Shown in pieces: positions 18,088 through 28,834 of a DNA stretch of 64,000 nucleotides. Origin of the DNA: Myxococcota bacterium (GTDB lineage Bacteria > Myxococcota_A > Polyangia > Polyangiales > Sandaracinaceae); contig JAYZQJ010000149.1 of NCBI GenBank assembly GCA_036149055.1, positions 1-64,000 on the forward strand, in the 5' to 3' direction. The notes beneath the pieces are model-generated. The model searched no databases. It was not told where the DNA came from and saw nothing but the letters and a program-made list of their open reading frames with translations. The translations under genes and the position numbers were made by a program. Position 1 is the first letter of the stretch, and each line of letters begins with the position of its first letter.

Positions 18088-18735
18088 ATGACTCGAACGA
18101 CTCTCTCTCTCGCGATCGTGGTCGCGCTCGCGGCGGCCGCTCCCTCCCTCGCCTCGGCGCAGCGATGGGGGCCTCCTTCCACGCAACCTTCTCAGGGGCG
18201 GGTGCTCGATCTGTCCGGATATCCGCACGCGCGCTTGCCCCGCATCGACCCGGGGGTGCGGGTGCTCATCCTACGCGGCAGCGCGGTGGAGCGCCTCGGC
18301 CACCTCCCGCACGGCATCCGCGAGATCGATGTGTCGGGCTCGCGCATCGAGCGCCTCGGCTACGTGCCCCAGAGCGTGCGCGTGCTCCGAGCGCGCAACA
18401 CGCCGCTGCGCCGCGTGGGGCACCTGCCGCACGGCCTCGTCGAGCTCGACGTGGCGGGGAGCCGGATCGAGCGGCTCGGCTACCTGCCGCAGACGCTGCG
18501 CGTGCTGAACGTCTCGCGCACTCCGCTCCGGCGCCTCGGCTACCTGCCGCCCTCGCTCGAGGTGCTGCGCATGCGGAACACGAGCGTGGAGCTGCGGCAC
18601 GTGCCGCCGAGCCTGCGGGTGCTCGACACGGGCCACGCGCGCCAGGACGATCGGCGCTGGCGCCGGCGAGCCCGGGAGCGCCGATGGCAGCGCAGCCGTC
18701 AGCGCTCGCGGGTCACCGTGCGGCGTGCGTACTGA
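18088..18735 (+). CDS. Secreted leucine-rich repeat protein (20-aa bacterial-type LRR)
   Basis: Signal peptide ending ASA; about 7 repeats LPxxLxxLxVxxTxIxRLGY. Confidence 0.85.
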   Translation: MTRTTLSLAIVVALAAAAPSLASAQRWGPPSTQPSQGRVLDLSGYPHARLPRIDPGVRVLILRGSAVERLGHLPHGIREIDVSGSRIERLGYVPQSVRVLRARNTPLRRVGHLPHGLVELDVAGSRIERLGYLPQTLRVLNVSRTPLRRLGYLPPSLEVLRMRNTSVELRHVPPSLRVLDTGHARQDDRRWRRRARERRWQRSRQRSRVTVRRAY

Positions 18736-19129
18736 AGCGGCCGAGCACGAAGTCCCAGCCGGGGCCGTACTGGGCGCGCATGCGCTCGGCGCCGTCGCCG
18801 TACCGCTCCCATCCGTCGTGCATCAGCGTGAGGCGGGTCCCCTCGCCCTCCGCCTCGAAGCGCGCCTCGATCGCCTGCGCGGTCTCCGCCGGGCGGCCGG
18901 GGTGCCAGGTGAAGGCGAGGCGGCCGGGAGGCTCCCACGCCGTCACCTCGCCCCACCGGTGACGCGCGTCGCCCGCGCGCTCGAGGATCACGCCGTCCTC
19001 GAAGGCGACGGTCCCCTGGGCGACGCTGTGAGACTCGAGCGGCCACCAGGCCCCGAGCTCGTCGGTGAACCGCCGGAACGCCTCGGCCGGCGGGATCGGG
19101 AGGGTCAGAGATTTCTCGATCGGCTCCAT
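18713..19129 (-). CDS. SRPBCC/AHSA1 domain protein
   Basis: AFRRFTDELGAWWP, WGEVTAWEPPGRLAFTW, GTRLTLMHDGW, GW near the C-terminus. Confidence 0.88.
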   Translation of the reverse strand: MEPIEKSLTLPIPPAEAFRRFTDELGAWWPLESHSVAQGTVAFEDGVILERAGDARHRWGEVTAWEPPGRLAFTWHPGRPAETAQAIEARFEAEGEGTRLTLMHDGWERYGDGAERMRAQYGPGWDFVLGRFSTHAAR

Positions 19130-19172
19130 CGAGCCGCATGCATACACCAGCTCCTCGGGTACGCTCGGGCGC

Positions 19173-20276
19173 ATGACGGTGAAGCGAGTGGCGATCATGA
19201 CGGGCGGCGGGGACTGCCCGGGGCTGAACGCGGTGATCCGGGCCGCGGTGCGCGTGGGCAAGGAGCGGTTCGGCTGGGAGATCCTCGGCGTGGAGGACGC
19301 CTTCAGCGGGCTGATCGACACGAGCTACCGGAGCCCGCGCGGCAACGTGTGGCTCGAGATGGACCACGTGCGCGGCATCCTCGAGCGCGGCGGCACCATC
19401 CTCGGCACCTCCAACAAGTCCGACCCGTTCCGCTACGTGGTGAAGGACCAGGGCGGGACCGAGCGCGAGACCGACGTCTCCGACCGGGTGATGGAGAACT
19501 GGGAGAAGCTCGACCTCGACGCGCTGATCTCGATCGGCGGCGACGGCTCGATGGCGATCGCGCAGCGCTTCGCGGAGAAGGGCATGAAGATCGTCGGCGT
19601 GCCGAAGACGATCGACAACGACCTCGCCTGCACCGACCAGACGTTCGGCTTCGACACCGCGGTCGGCGTGGCCACCGAGGCGCTCGACCGCCTGCGCGAC
19701 ACCGCCGACAGCCACGACCGGGTCATGCTGGTCGAGGTGATGGGCCGGAACGCCGGCTTCATCGCCCTGCACGCCGGGCTCGCCGGCGGGGCCGACGCGA
19801 TCCTCATCCCGGAGATCCCCTACCGGGCGGAGCGGGTCGCCGACATGGTCCGCGCGCGACGCGCGGCGGGGAAGAACTACTCGATCATCGTCGTGAGCGA
19901 GGGCGCCAAGCCGGTCGGCGGCGAGGAGAGCATCGGCGCGCACGAGAAGGGCGCGATGCCGCGGCTCATGGGCGCCGCCCAGCGCGTCGCCGAGTCCCTC
20001 GACCCGATCCTCGACGCGGACATGCGCGTGACGGTGCTCGGCCACATCCAGCGCGGCGGCAGCCCCTCGAGCTTCGACCGCATCCTCGCCACCCGCTACG
20101 GCGTCTGCGCCGCCGAGCTCGTCGCGCGCGAGCAGTTCGGCAAGATGGTCGCGCTCCGGAACGGCGAGATCGAGCCGGTCGATCTCGCCGCCGCGGTCGC
20201 GGAGCCCAAGCGCGTCGACCCGAACGGTCAGCTCGTGCGCCAGGCCCGCGACCTCGGCGTCTCGTTCGGAGAGTGA
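19173..20276 (+). CDS. pfkA: 6-phosphofructokinase (PfkA family; GGDGS suggests ATP-dependent)
   Basis: GGGDCPGLN, IGGDGS, VPKTIDND, EVMGR, LGHIQRGG. Confidence 0.96.
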   Translation: MTVKRVAIMTGGGDCPGLNAVIRAAVRVGKERFGWEILGVEDAFSGLIDTSYRSPRGNVWLEMDHVRGILERGGTILGTSNKSDPFRYVVKDQGGTERETDVSDRVMENWEKLDLDALISIGGDGSMAIAQRFAEKGMKIVGVPKTIDNDLACTDQTFGFDTAVGVATEALDRLRDTADSHDRVMLVEVMGRNAGFIALHAGLAGGADAILIPEIPYRAERVADMVRARRAAGKNYSIIVVSEGAKPVGGEESIGAHEKGAMPRLMGAAQRVAESLDPILDADMRVTVLGHIQRGGSPSSFDRILATRYGVCAAELVAREQFGKMVALRNGEIEPVDLAAAVAEPKRVDPNGQLVRQARDLGVSFGE

Positions 20277-20279
20277 GCG

Positions 20280-21905
20280 CTACGATCCAGAGTCGAGGCG
20301 GAGCTCGAGGACGACGTTGCCGATGTAGATCTTGTCGCCCTCCGAGAGCGGACGCGGGGCGGCGATGCGCTCGCCGTTGACGTAGGTGCCGTTGGTCGAC
20401 TTGAGATCGACCAGCACCCAGCCGTCCGGCCCGGGCACGATGCGGGCGTGGCGCTTGGAGAGGTTGCAGAAGGGCAGCTGGAGATCGTTGGACAGCGTGC
20501 GCCCGATCGTCAGCTCGCCGCGGAGCGGCACGACGCGCGGGACCTCGCCGTTCTTGCCGACGACGAGCGACGCGGGCGGGAGGTGCGCGGCGCCCCGGGC
20601 CTTGAGCGCGGCCGCCTGCGCGCCGTGCACCGCGTGGTCGCCGGCGTGGGCGCCGCCCGCGTGCATGTCCATGCCCATCCACTCGCGCTTGTACGCGCGG
20701 TAGGACTCCATCGACGGCCGCTGCTCGAGCACCACCGCCTCGTCGACCATCTGCTCGAGCGCCTCGCTGAGGAGAGAGCCGTCGTTGGCGGCGTAGCCGG
20801 GCGCCGCCTCGATGCGCGCGATCATCTGGCGCAGCGACGCGGCCGCGCCGTCGAACGCGCCGCGATCGGCGAGCGCGCGGGCCTGGGATCGCGCCTCCTC
20901 GGCGTGCGCGAGCAGGACGGCGTGATGCGCCGGCTCGTCGAGCGCCGAGGTCGCCTCGCGCGCCACCTCGACCTCGACCTCGCGCGTCCGGACCTCCGCC
21001 TCGCCCGCGGCGCGGTAGATCACGCGCACCACGCCGACGGTCTGCGCGCCCGGCCCCGCCGCGACGTCGACGTCGAGCGGGACGACGCGGACCTTGCTCA
21101 CGCCCGCCCGCGCGTCGGGCAGCGCGCCCCGCAGCCCGGCGCTGGTCACCCGGCTCGGCGCGCCGCCGAGGAACCCCTCGATCTCCGTCCCGTCGGCCGG
21201 CCGCAGCAGGAGCTCGATCGCGTCGGCGACCACGTCCCCCTGCGCGCCGAGCACCCGCGCGAAGGTGTCGGCGGCCGCGCCCGGCGTCTCGACGAAGTGG
21301 TACTCGCCGGCCCCGCCGTCCGCGACCGCGGCGAGCGCCTCCTCGGCGTGGTGCGCGCCGTACCCCAGGCAGGACACGCCGACGTCGGGCCGGAACGAGC
21401 TCGTCAGCGCGCGCAGCCCCTCGGGCGACGCGGTCCCGCGGTTGGGGATCCCGTCCGAGAGCAGCACCACCGCGTGCCGCGTGTGCGTCTCGCGCGCCCC
21501 CAGCAGCTCGACCGCGCGCCGCAGCCCGGCCTCCACGTTCGTCGCGCCGTTCGCCCGCATCCGCCGCGCGCGCCGCTGCAAGGTGACCCGGTGCCCGCCC
21601 CCCAGCGGCCGCACCTCCGCCACCGTCGCCGCCTCCTCGGCGAAGGTGACCAGCCCGACCTCGTCCTCGTCGCGCAGCAGCCCCACCATCTCGGCCACCG
21701 ACTCCGCGACCGCCTCGAGCGGCGGCCCGTTCATCGACCCCGACGTGTCCAGCACGAACACCAGCCGCAGCCGCGGCCGCGCCGCCTCGACCGCCATGGC
21801 GACGTCGCCCCCCACCCGCACCACCAGGTGCGTGCGCGCCCGCCCCCCCGCGGCGAGCGCGCGATGCTCCAGAGACACGTCCAGCTCGATGGGATCCCCC
21901 GACAT
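20280..21905 (-). CDS. VWA domain protein with C-terminal FHA domain
   Basis: MIDAS DTSGSM, LLSDG; FHA TIGR...SKRHA...[12 protein letters not shown]. Confidence 0.9.
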   Translation of the reverse strand: MSGDPIELDVSLEHRALAAGGRARTHLVVRVGGDVAMAVEAARPRLRLVFVLDTSGSMNGPPLEAVAESVAEMVGLLRDEDEVGLVTFAEEAATVAEVRPLGGGHRVTLQRRARRMRANGATNVEAGLRRAVELLGARETHTRHAVVLLSDGIPNRGTASPEGLRALTSSFRPDVGVSCLGYGAHHAEEALAAVADGGAGEYHFVETPGAAADTFARVLGAQGDVVADAIELLLRPADGTEIEGFLGGAPSRVTSAGLRGALPDARAGVSKVRVVPLDVDVAAGPGAQTVGVVRVIYRAAGEAEVRTREVEVEVAREATSALDEPAHHAVLLAHAEEARSQARALADRGAFDGAAASLRQMIARIEAAPGYAANDGSLLSEALEQMVDEAVVLEQRPSMESYRAYKREWMGMDMHAGGAHAGDHAVHGAQAAALKARGAAHLPPASLVVGKNGEVPRVVPLRGELTIGRTLSNDLQLPFCNLSKRHARIVPGPDGWVLVDLKSTNGTYVNGERIAAPRPLSEGDKIYIGNVVLELRLDSGS

Positions 21906-21972
21906 CCCCCGAGTCTACGCCCGAGAGCCGGTTTCCCCCCGTGGTCCCGGGCCAGTTGGTGTCCCGCGAGGA

Positions 21973-23456
<1,484 letters not shown>

Positions 23457-23460
<4 letters not shown>

Positions 23461-23984
23461 CCCGGATCCTCGGCCCCGAAGTACTCGCGGCCGTCCGCGG
23501 CTCTCGCCGCGCCGTCGTCCTGGAGCCAGACCACCACCCGGCAGCCGGCCGCGCCCTCCGCGATGGTCTCCTCGAGGGTGACCTTCGCCCAGCCGAGGTT
23601 CGCGGCCGCGATCGAGCCGAAGACGTTCGAGGTCATCATGCAGAGCGCCGGCCGGCCCTCGACGTACTCGCCGAAGGGGCAGGCGCGGTTGCCGAGCACG
23701 ATCTTCTCGTCGTCCTGGCTGATGACGTAGAAGTCGCCCTCGATGCGGGCCTTGAGGTCGACCAGCACGTCGGCCACCTGAGCGCGATCGAGGGCGCGCA
23801 CCCCGAGCGCCTCCCGGTACTGCCCGTCCATCTCGCGGCCCATCTGCCGTCCGACCACGCTGACGAGCCCGGAGGCCTCGTCGAGGCCCACCACGTCCTC
23901 GATGGCCCCGGAGAGGTGCCGGAGCAGCTTCCGGAGGAAGAGGTCTCGCTCCAGCACGACCGGGAGGTGCTTCAGCTCGCCCAT
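23457..23984 (-). CDS. Methanogen output domain 1 (MetOD1/V4R-like) protein
   Basis: [41 protein letters not shown] overlap with the kinase gene. Confidence 0.8.
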
Positions 23985-24027
23985 GCCCTCAATGTATCCA
24001 GCCCGAACTCGACGGCGATAGTTCCCG

Positions 24028-25413
24028 GTGCTTTTCTTCCGGCCCGTGCTTCGACTGATCTCCGCCCTCGCGCTCCTGCTCCCGGCCGCCTCGGCCTCGG
24101 CCCACGGCCGGCCGCCGCTGATCGGGCAGGTGGCCTTCCACCCGGAGGACCCCGACTTCGTCGTCGCGCGCGCCACCTGGGGCCTCGTCCTGACCGAGGA
24201 CGGCGGCGAGAGCTGGCGGTGGATCTGCGCCGCGGTCATGGGCACCGACCCGACGCGCGAGGACCCGGTGATCCGGGTGATGCCGGACGGGGCGATCCTC
24301 GCCGGCAACTTCTCCGGCATCTGGCGGAGCGTCGAGGGGCGCTGCGGCTTCGAGCAGCCGGACCCGGCGGTCGCGGACGTCTTCGTGATCGACCTCGACA
24401 CTCGGCCGAGCGAGCCGGCCACCGTGTTCGCGCTGCTCACCAGCGGAGTGAACGCCGACGAGCTGTTCCGCAGCGACGACATGGGCCGGACCTGGGCCCA
24501 GGTGAGCGTGCTCGCCGACGATGTGCTGATGGAGCGCGTGCGGCTGGCGCCGAGCGACCCGGAGCGCGTCTACCTGAGCGGCGCGATCCCGCGAGACCCG
24601 GTGACGATGGAGCGCCGCGCGTTCTTCTATCGCTCGGACGACGGGGGCGTGACCTTCACCGAGACCGAGCTGCCGCTGCTGGACGGAGAGCGGAACGCGC
24701 ACCTGTTCGCGGTCGACCCCACCGACCCGGATCGGGCGCTGCTCCGCATGACCCGGCGCGCGACCGACGGCCGAGCCGAGCGGCTGCTGCTGACCGAAGA
24801 CGGCGGCGAGACCTTCGAGGCGGTGCTCGAGGCGTTCGAGCTGAGCGGGGCCGCGTTCTCGCCCGACGGCGCCCGGGTGTGGGCCACCGCGCGCACGACC
24901 GACGGGCTCTACCGCTCGGACGACGGGGGCCGGACCTTCGCCCAGCTGACCGAAGGAAACTTCTCCTGCGTCGGCCACGACGGGGTGAGCCTCTGGATGT
25001 GCGTGGACGAGCTGCGCGACGACTACGCGATGGCGCGGACCGAGACCGGCGACGCGATCGACCGGGTGCTGGTGTTCGATCAGATCCGAGAGCTGCCCGA
25101 CTGCCCGATGTGCACCGAGGTCAACTACGTCTGCCGGGAGTGGTTCCCGGACCTCGCCTACGACCTCCAGCTCGACGGGGGCACGGCCAGCTTCGACGGC
25201 GGACTGACCGGCGCCCCTCGCGACGCCGCGGTGCCGCTGTCGTGCGTGGACGGCGGCGAGCCGGTGACGCCGCCGGGAGAGGGCTGCAGCTGCCGCGCGG
25301 TCGGGCGCGGGGCGTCGCCCTGGGCGGCGCTGGCCCTGCTCTTGTCGATGGTAGGACTTCGGGGTGGTCGTCGGCGCCGCTCCGCCTCATGTTTGCGGGC
25401 ATGCGACCCCTGA
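24028..25413 (+). CDS. Secreted BNR/Asp-box beta-propeller protein with MYXO-CTERM anchor
   Basis: Signal peptide; repeated S/TxDGGxT/SF/W; C-terminal GCSC + TM + RRRR. Confidence 0.88.
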   Translation: MLFFRPVLRLISALALLLPAASASAHGRPPLIGQVAFHPEDPDFVVARATWGLVLTEDGGESWRWICAAVMGTDPTREDPVIRVMPDGAILAGNFSGIWRSVEGRCGFEQPDPAVADVFVIDLDTRPSEPATVFALLTSGVNADELFRSDDMGRTWAQVSVLADDVLMERVRLAPSDPERVYLSGAIPRDPVTMERRAFFYRSDDGGVTFTETELPLLDGERNAHLFAVDPTDPDRALLRMTRRATDGRAERLLLTEDGGETFEAVLEAFELSGAAFSPDGARVWATARTTDGLYRSDDGGRTFAQLTEGNFSCVGHDGVSLWMCVDELRDDYAMARTETGDAIDRVLVFDQIRELPDCPMCTEVNYVCREWFPDLAYDLQLDGGTASFDGGLTGAPRDAAVPLSCVDGGEPVTPPGEGCSCRAVGRGASPWAALALLLSMVGLRGGRRRRSASCLRACDP

Positions 25414-26216
25414 TCTTGCTGTCCCTCCTCTGCGCCGGCTGCGGCGCAGACCGCGACGTGACCGTGCGCTTCGAGGCGCTGGTGGGCGACGCGACCGCCC
25501 GCTGCGGGGGCACCTACGACGGGGTCGGCACGACGGGCACCCAGCTGACGGTCGGGGATCTCCGCTTCTACGTGCACGACGTGCGCTTCGTGACCGCGGA
25601 CGGCGGCGAGGTGCCGCTCGCGCTCGACGCGGAGAGCGAGTTCCAGGACGGCGACGTCGCCCTCCTCGACTTCGAGGACAAGTCCGACACCTACTGCGCG
25701 ATGGGCACCGAGGCGATGAACGACACGCTGACCGGCACCATCCCGGACGGCGTCGACGTCGTGGGGATCCGCTTCACCCTCGGCGTGCCGCGGGATCGCA
25801 ACCACGAGGACGTGACCTTCGCGCCCGCCCCGCTCAACCAGGGCTCGATGTACTGGGGCTGGAACGGCGGCTACAAGTTCTTCCGCCTCGACGGCGCGAC
25901 CACCGGGCTGACCGAGGGCTTCCGCGTCCACCTCGGCGACACCGCGTGCGAGGGTGACGGCCGCGGCAACATCACCGGCTGCGCGCAGGACAACCGCGCG
26001 GAGATCACGCTCGACGGCTTCGACCCGGACACCGGCGTGGTGGTGGTGGACCTCGCCGCGCTCCTCGCCGAGAGCGACATGGACGCCGACCAGGGCGGGC
26101 CGCCCGGCTGCATGGCCGGCTTCGACGACCCGGACTGCGCGGCCATCTTCGACGGCTTCGGCCTCCCCTTCGGCGGCGCGCCCGGCGGGTCGCAGCGCCT
26201 CTTCCGCGTCCGCTGA
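25401..26216 (+). CDS. mbnP: MbnP family copper-binding protein (four-Cys motif), lipoprotein
   Basis: DLRFYV, LLDFE, FTLGVP, MYWGWNGGYKF (WxW), HLGDTAC, GCMA...DPDC. Confidence 0.88.
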   Translation: MRPLILLSLLCAGCGADRDVTVRFEALVGDATARCGGTYDGVGTTGTQLTVGDLRFYVHDVRFVTADGGEVPLALDAESEFQDGDVALLDFEDKSDTYCAMGTEAMNDTLTGTIPDGVDVVGIRFTLGVPRDRNHEDVTFAPAPLNQGSMYWGWNGGYKFFRLDGATTGLTEGFRVHLGDTACEGDGRGNITGCAQDNRAEITLDGFDPDTGVVVVDLAALLAESDMDADQGGPPGCMAGFDDPDCAAIFDGFGLPFGGAPGGSQRLFRVR

Positions 26217-26217
26217 G

Positions 26218-27330
26218 ATGCGACGGCTGATCCTGATCCTGGCGCTGGTCACCGGGGGCTGCGAGCTCGGCGGGGAGAGCTACACGTGGGACCTCCCGCC
26301 CGGCTTCCCCGAGCCCGAGGTCCCGGCCGACAACCCGATGACGGAGGCGAAGGTCGAGCTCGGCCGGCACCTCTTCTACGACCCGCGCCTGAGCGGCGAC
26401 GAGACGCAGAGCTGCGCGAGCTGTCACGCGCAGGGGCTGGCGTTCACCGACGGCCTCGCGCTGAGCGTGGGGTCCACCGGGGAGTCGACCCCGCGCGGCT
26501 CGATGAGCCTGGCCAACGTCGCCTACAACTCGCGGCAGACCTGGGCGAACCCGGTGCTGGTGCACCTCGAGGACCAGGCGCTGATCCCGATGTTCGGCGA
26601 GGAGCCGATCGAGCTGGGGACGGACGAGGAGGCGCTGCTGCGTCGGCTGGCCGAGGACCCGGCCTACCCGGCGATGTTCGAGGACGCGTTCCCGGGTGAC
26701 CCGGACCCGATCTCGACCGGCAACGTGGTGCGCGCGATCGCGAGCTTCGAGCGCACGCTGATCAGCGGCGACAGCGCCTTCGACCGCTACACCTACCAGG
26801 GCGACGACGACGCGATGAGCGAGTCCGCGCGCCGCGGCCTGGAGCTGTTCTTCAGCGAGCGGCTCGAGTGCTTCCACTGCCACGGCGGCTTCAACTTCAC
26901 CGACGGCGTCACCCACAGCGGCACCGTCGAGCCCGAGGTGGGCTTCCACAACACCGGGCTCTACAACATCGACGGCCGCGGCGGGTACCCGGAGCCGAAC
27001 CGCGGGATCTACGAGCACACCGGCGACCGGCGAGACATGGGCGCGTTCCGCGCGCCGACCCTGCGCAACATCGAGCTGACCGCGCCCTACATGCACGACG
27101 GCTCGATCGCGACGCTCGACGAGGTGCTCGACCACTACGCGGCCGGCGGGCGCACCATCTCCGAGGGCCCGAACGCGGGCGTGGGCAGCGAGAGCCCGCT
27201 CAAGAACCTCTTCATCCACGGCTTCGAGCTGACCGAAGAGGAGCGGGCCGACGTGCTCGCGCTCCTGCGCAGCCTGACCGACGAGACCTTCCTGAACGAC
27301 CCGCGCTTCTCCGACCCGTTCGCCGAATGA
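26218..27330 (+). CDS. mbnH: MbnH family di-haem enzyme (MauG/bCcP superfamily)
   Basis: KVELGRHLFYD, CASCH and CFHCH haem motifs, FRAPTLRNI, PYMHDGS, RFSDPF end; next to mbnP. Confidence 0.92.
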   Translation: MRRLILILALVTGGCELGGESYTWDLPPGFPEPEVPADNPMTEAKVELGRHLFYDPRLSGDETQSCASCHAQGLAFTDGLALSVGSTGESTPRGSMSLANVAYNSRQTWANPVLVHLEDQALIPMFGEEPIELGTDEEALLRRLAEDPAYPAMFEDAFPGDPDPISTGNVVRAIASFERTLISGDSAFDRYTYQGDDDAMSESARRGLELFFSERLECFHCHGGFNFTDGVTHSGTVEPEVGFHNTGLYNIDGRGGYPEPNRGIYEHTGDRRDMGAFRAPTLRNIELTAPYMHDGSIATLDEVLDHYAAGGRTISEGPNAGVGSESPLKNLFIHGFELTEEERADVLALLRSLTDETFLNDPRFSDPFAE

Positions 27331-27344
27331 CGTATCCTGCCGGG

Positions 27345-28574
27345 GTGCTTCGCTTCGCCCTGGCGCTCCTCGTCCTGACCGGCTGCACCCTCGATCGCGA
27401 GGGCGTGCGGGAGCCGGCGACCGACGGAGGCATGGACGCGGCGGTCCTCGACGCGTCGGCGACCTGCGACCCCGCGTGCGCGCCCTCGGAGGAGTGCCGC
27501 GGCGGGGTCTGCGTCTGCGCGCCGGGCGCGTGCTGCCCCGGGTGTGACGCGAGCGAGGCCTGCGAGGACGGCCGCTGCGTCTGCCCGCCCGGCGCCTGCT
27601 GTCCGGCGTGCGACGCGCTCGAGGCGTGCGAGGGCGGCGTCTGCGTGCCGCGGGAGGACTGCGGGGCCGTGGGCCAGGGCTGCTGCGCGGGCGACGCGTG
27701 CGCCGAGGGCGCGGTCTGCGCGGCGGGCGCCTGCGAGGCCTGCGGCGGCGACGGGGAGCGCTGCTGCGACGGCGCCGCCTGCGGAGCCGGGCTCGCGTGC
27801 GCGGACGGGCTGTGCGCGGCTTGTGGAGGCGTCGGCGAGGGGTGCTGCGAGGGGATGGTCTGCGACGCGGGCGCGGTCTGCGACGGCGCGGCCTGCGTGG
27901 CCTGCGGCGGGGAAAGCGAGCCGTGCTGCGACGCGATGACGTGCGGCGACCCGGACCTCACCTGCGCGGGCGGCGTGTGTCAGGACTGCGGGCAGCGCAA
28001 CGAGCGCTGCTGCCCGGGCGACGGGTGCGTGGAGGCGGCGCTCGTCTGTGACCCGGGAGGGACGTGCCGCGACTGCGGAGGCCGGGACGAGCGCTGCTGC
28101 GCCGGCGACACGTGCGAGGTCGGTCACGTGTGTGACGGCGCGACCTTCTGCCGGGAGTGCGGGAGCAACGGCCGCCGATGCTGCGCGGGCGGCGTGTGCG
28201 GCATGGGCGAGGTCTGCGACGCGGCCGACTTCTGCCGGGACTGCGGGCGCAACGGGCAGCGCTGCTGCGCCGGGTCGACCTGTGATCCGGGTCGGGTGTG
28301 CGACGCGGCCGACTTCTGCCGAGACTGCGGGGGCAACGGCCAGCGCTGCTGCGCGGGCTCGATGTGCGACCCCGGGCGCATCTGCGACGGCAGCGACTTC
28401 TGCCGCGACTGCGGAGGCAGCGGGCAGCTCTGCTGCGCTGGCCGCACCTGCGACACCGGCCGCGTGTGCGACGCGAGCGACCGCTGCCGAGACTGCGGTG
28501 CCGCCGCCCAGCCCTGCTGCGCCGGCGGCACCTGCGACGGATCCCGCGCCTGCGTCGCGGGCACCTGCGTGTAG
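27345..28574 (+). CDS. Cys-rich repeat lipoprotein (11 repeats of 26-28 aa)
   Basis: Lipobox LTGC; repeats CGxxGQRCCAGxxCxxGxVCxxxxxCRD; TATCCT -10 element 6 nt before the GTG (alternative ATG at 27327). Confidence 0.85.
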   Translation: MLRFALALLVLTGCTLDREGVREPATDGGMDAAVLDASATCDPACAPSEECRGGVCVCAPGACCPGCDASEACEDGRCVCPPGACCPACDALEACEGGVCVPREDCGAVGQGCCAGDACAEGAVCAAGACEACGGDGERCCDGAACGAGLACADGLCAACGGVGEGCCEGMVCDAGAVCDGAACVACGGESEPCCDAMTCGDPDLTCAGGVCQDCGQRNERCCPGDGCVEAALVCDPGGTCRDCGGRDERCCAGDTCEVGHVCDGATFCRECGSNGRRCCAGGVCGMGEVCDAADFCRDCGRNGQRCCAGSTCDPGRVCDAADFCRDCGGNGQRCCAGSMCDPGRICDGSDFCRDCGGSGQLCCAGRTCDTGRVCDASDRCRDCGAAAQPCCAGGTCDGSRACVAGTCV

Positions 28575-28590
28575 CCCCAGGTGAGGACTT

Positions 28591-28830
28591 GGGGACGGAG
28601 TTTCCTTGTTTCCTCGCGTCCCGCTCCGTCCGCAGCCTCGGCTACGGGGACGGAGTTTCCTTGTTTCCGAACGGCGTCTGGAGGGCGCGTGGCGGGACAC
28701 GCCCGTGCGCGGATGGGCCGAGGAGACGCTCGCCCCCCGTGAACGCGCGGCTGGGAAACTGGGAAACTCCGTCCCAGCGTCACCGATCAGGGTTTCGGGG
28801 GGCGGTTGGGCAACAAGGAAACTCCGTCCC
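28591..28830. repeat. Symmetric intergenic element: two direct plus two inverted copies of GGGACGGAGTTTCCTTGTTTCC
   Basis: Copies at 28591-28613 and 28646-28668 (forward) and 28754-28775 and 28808-28830 (reverse); 55-bp period in both halves. Confidence 0.88.
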
Positions 28831-28834
28831 AGGG

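Noticed and set aside
28591..28830. Possible mini CRISPR array (about 23-bp repeat, 32-bp spacer)
   Set aside because: Only two repeats per orientation, the halves are inverted, and there is no leader or cas gene; treated as a palindromic element
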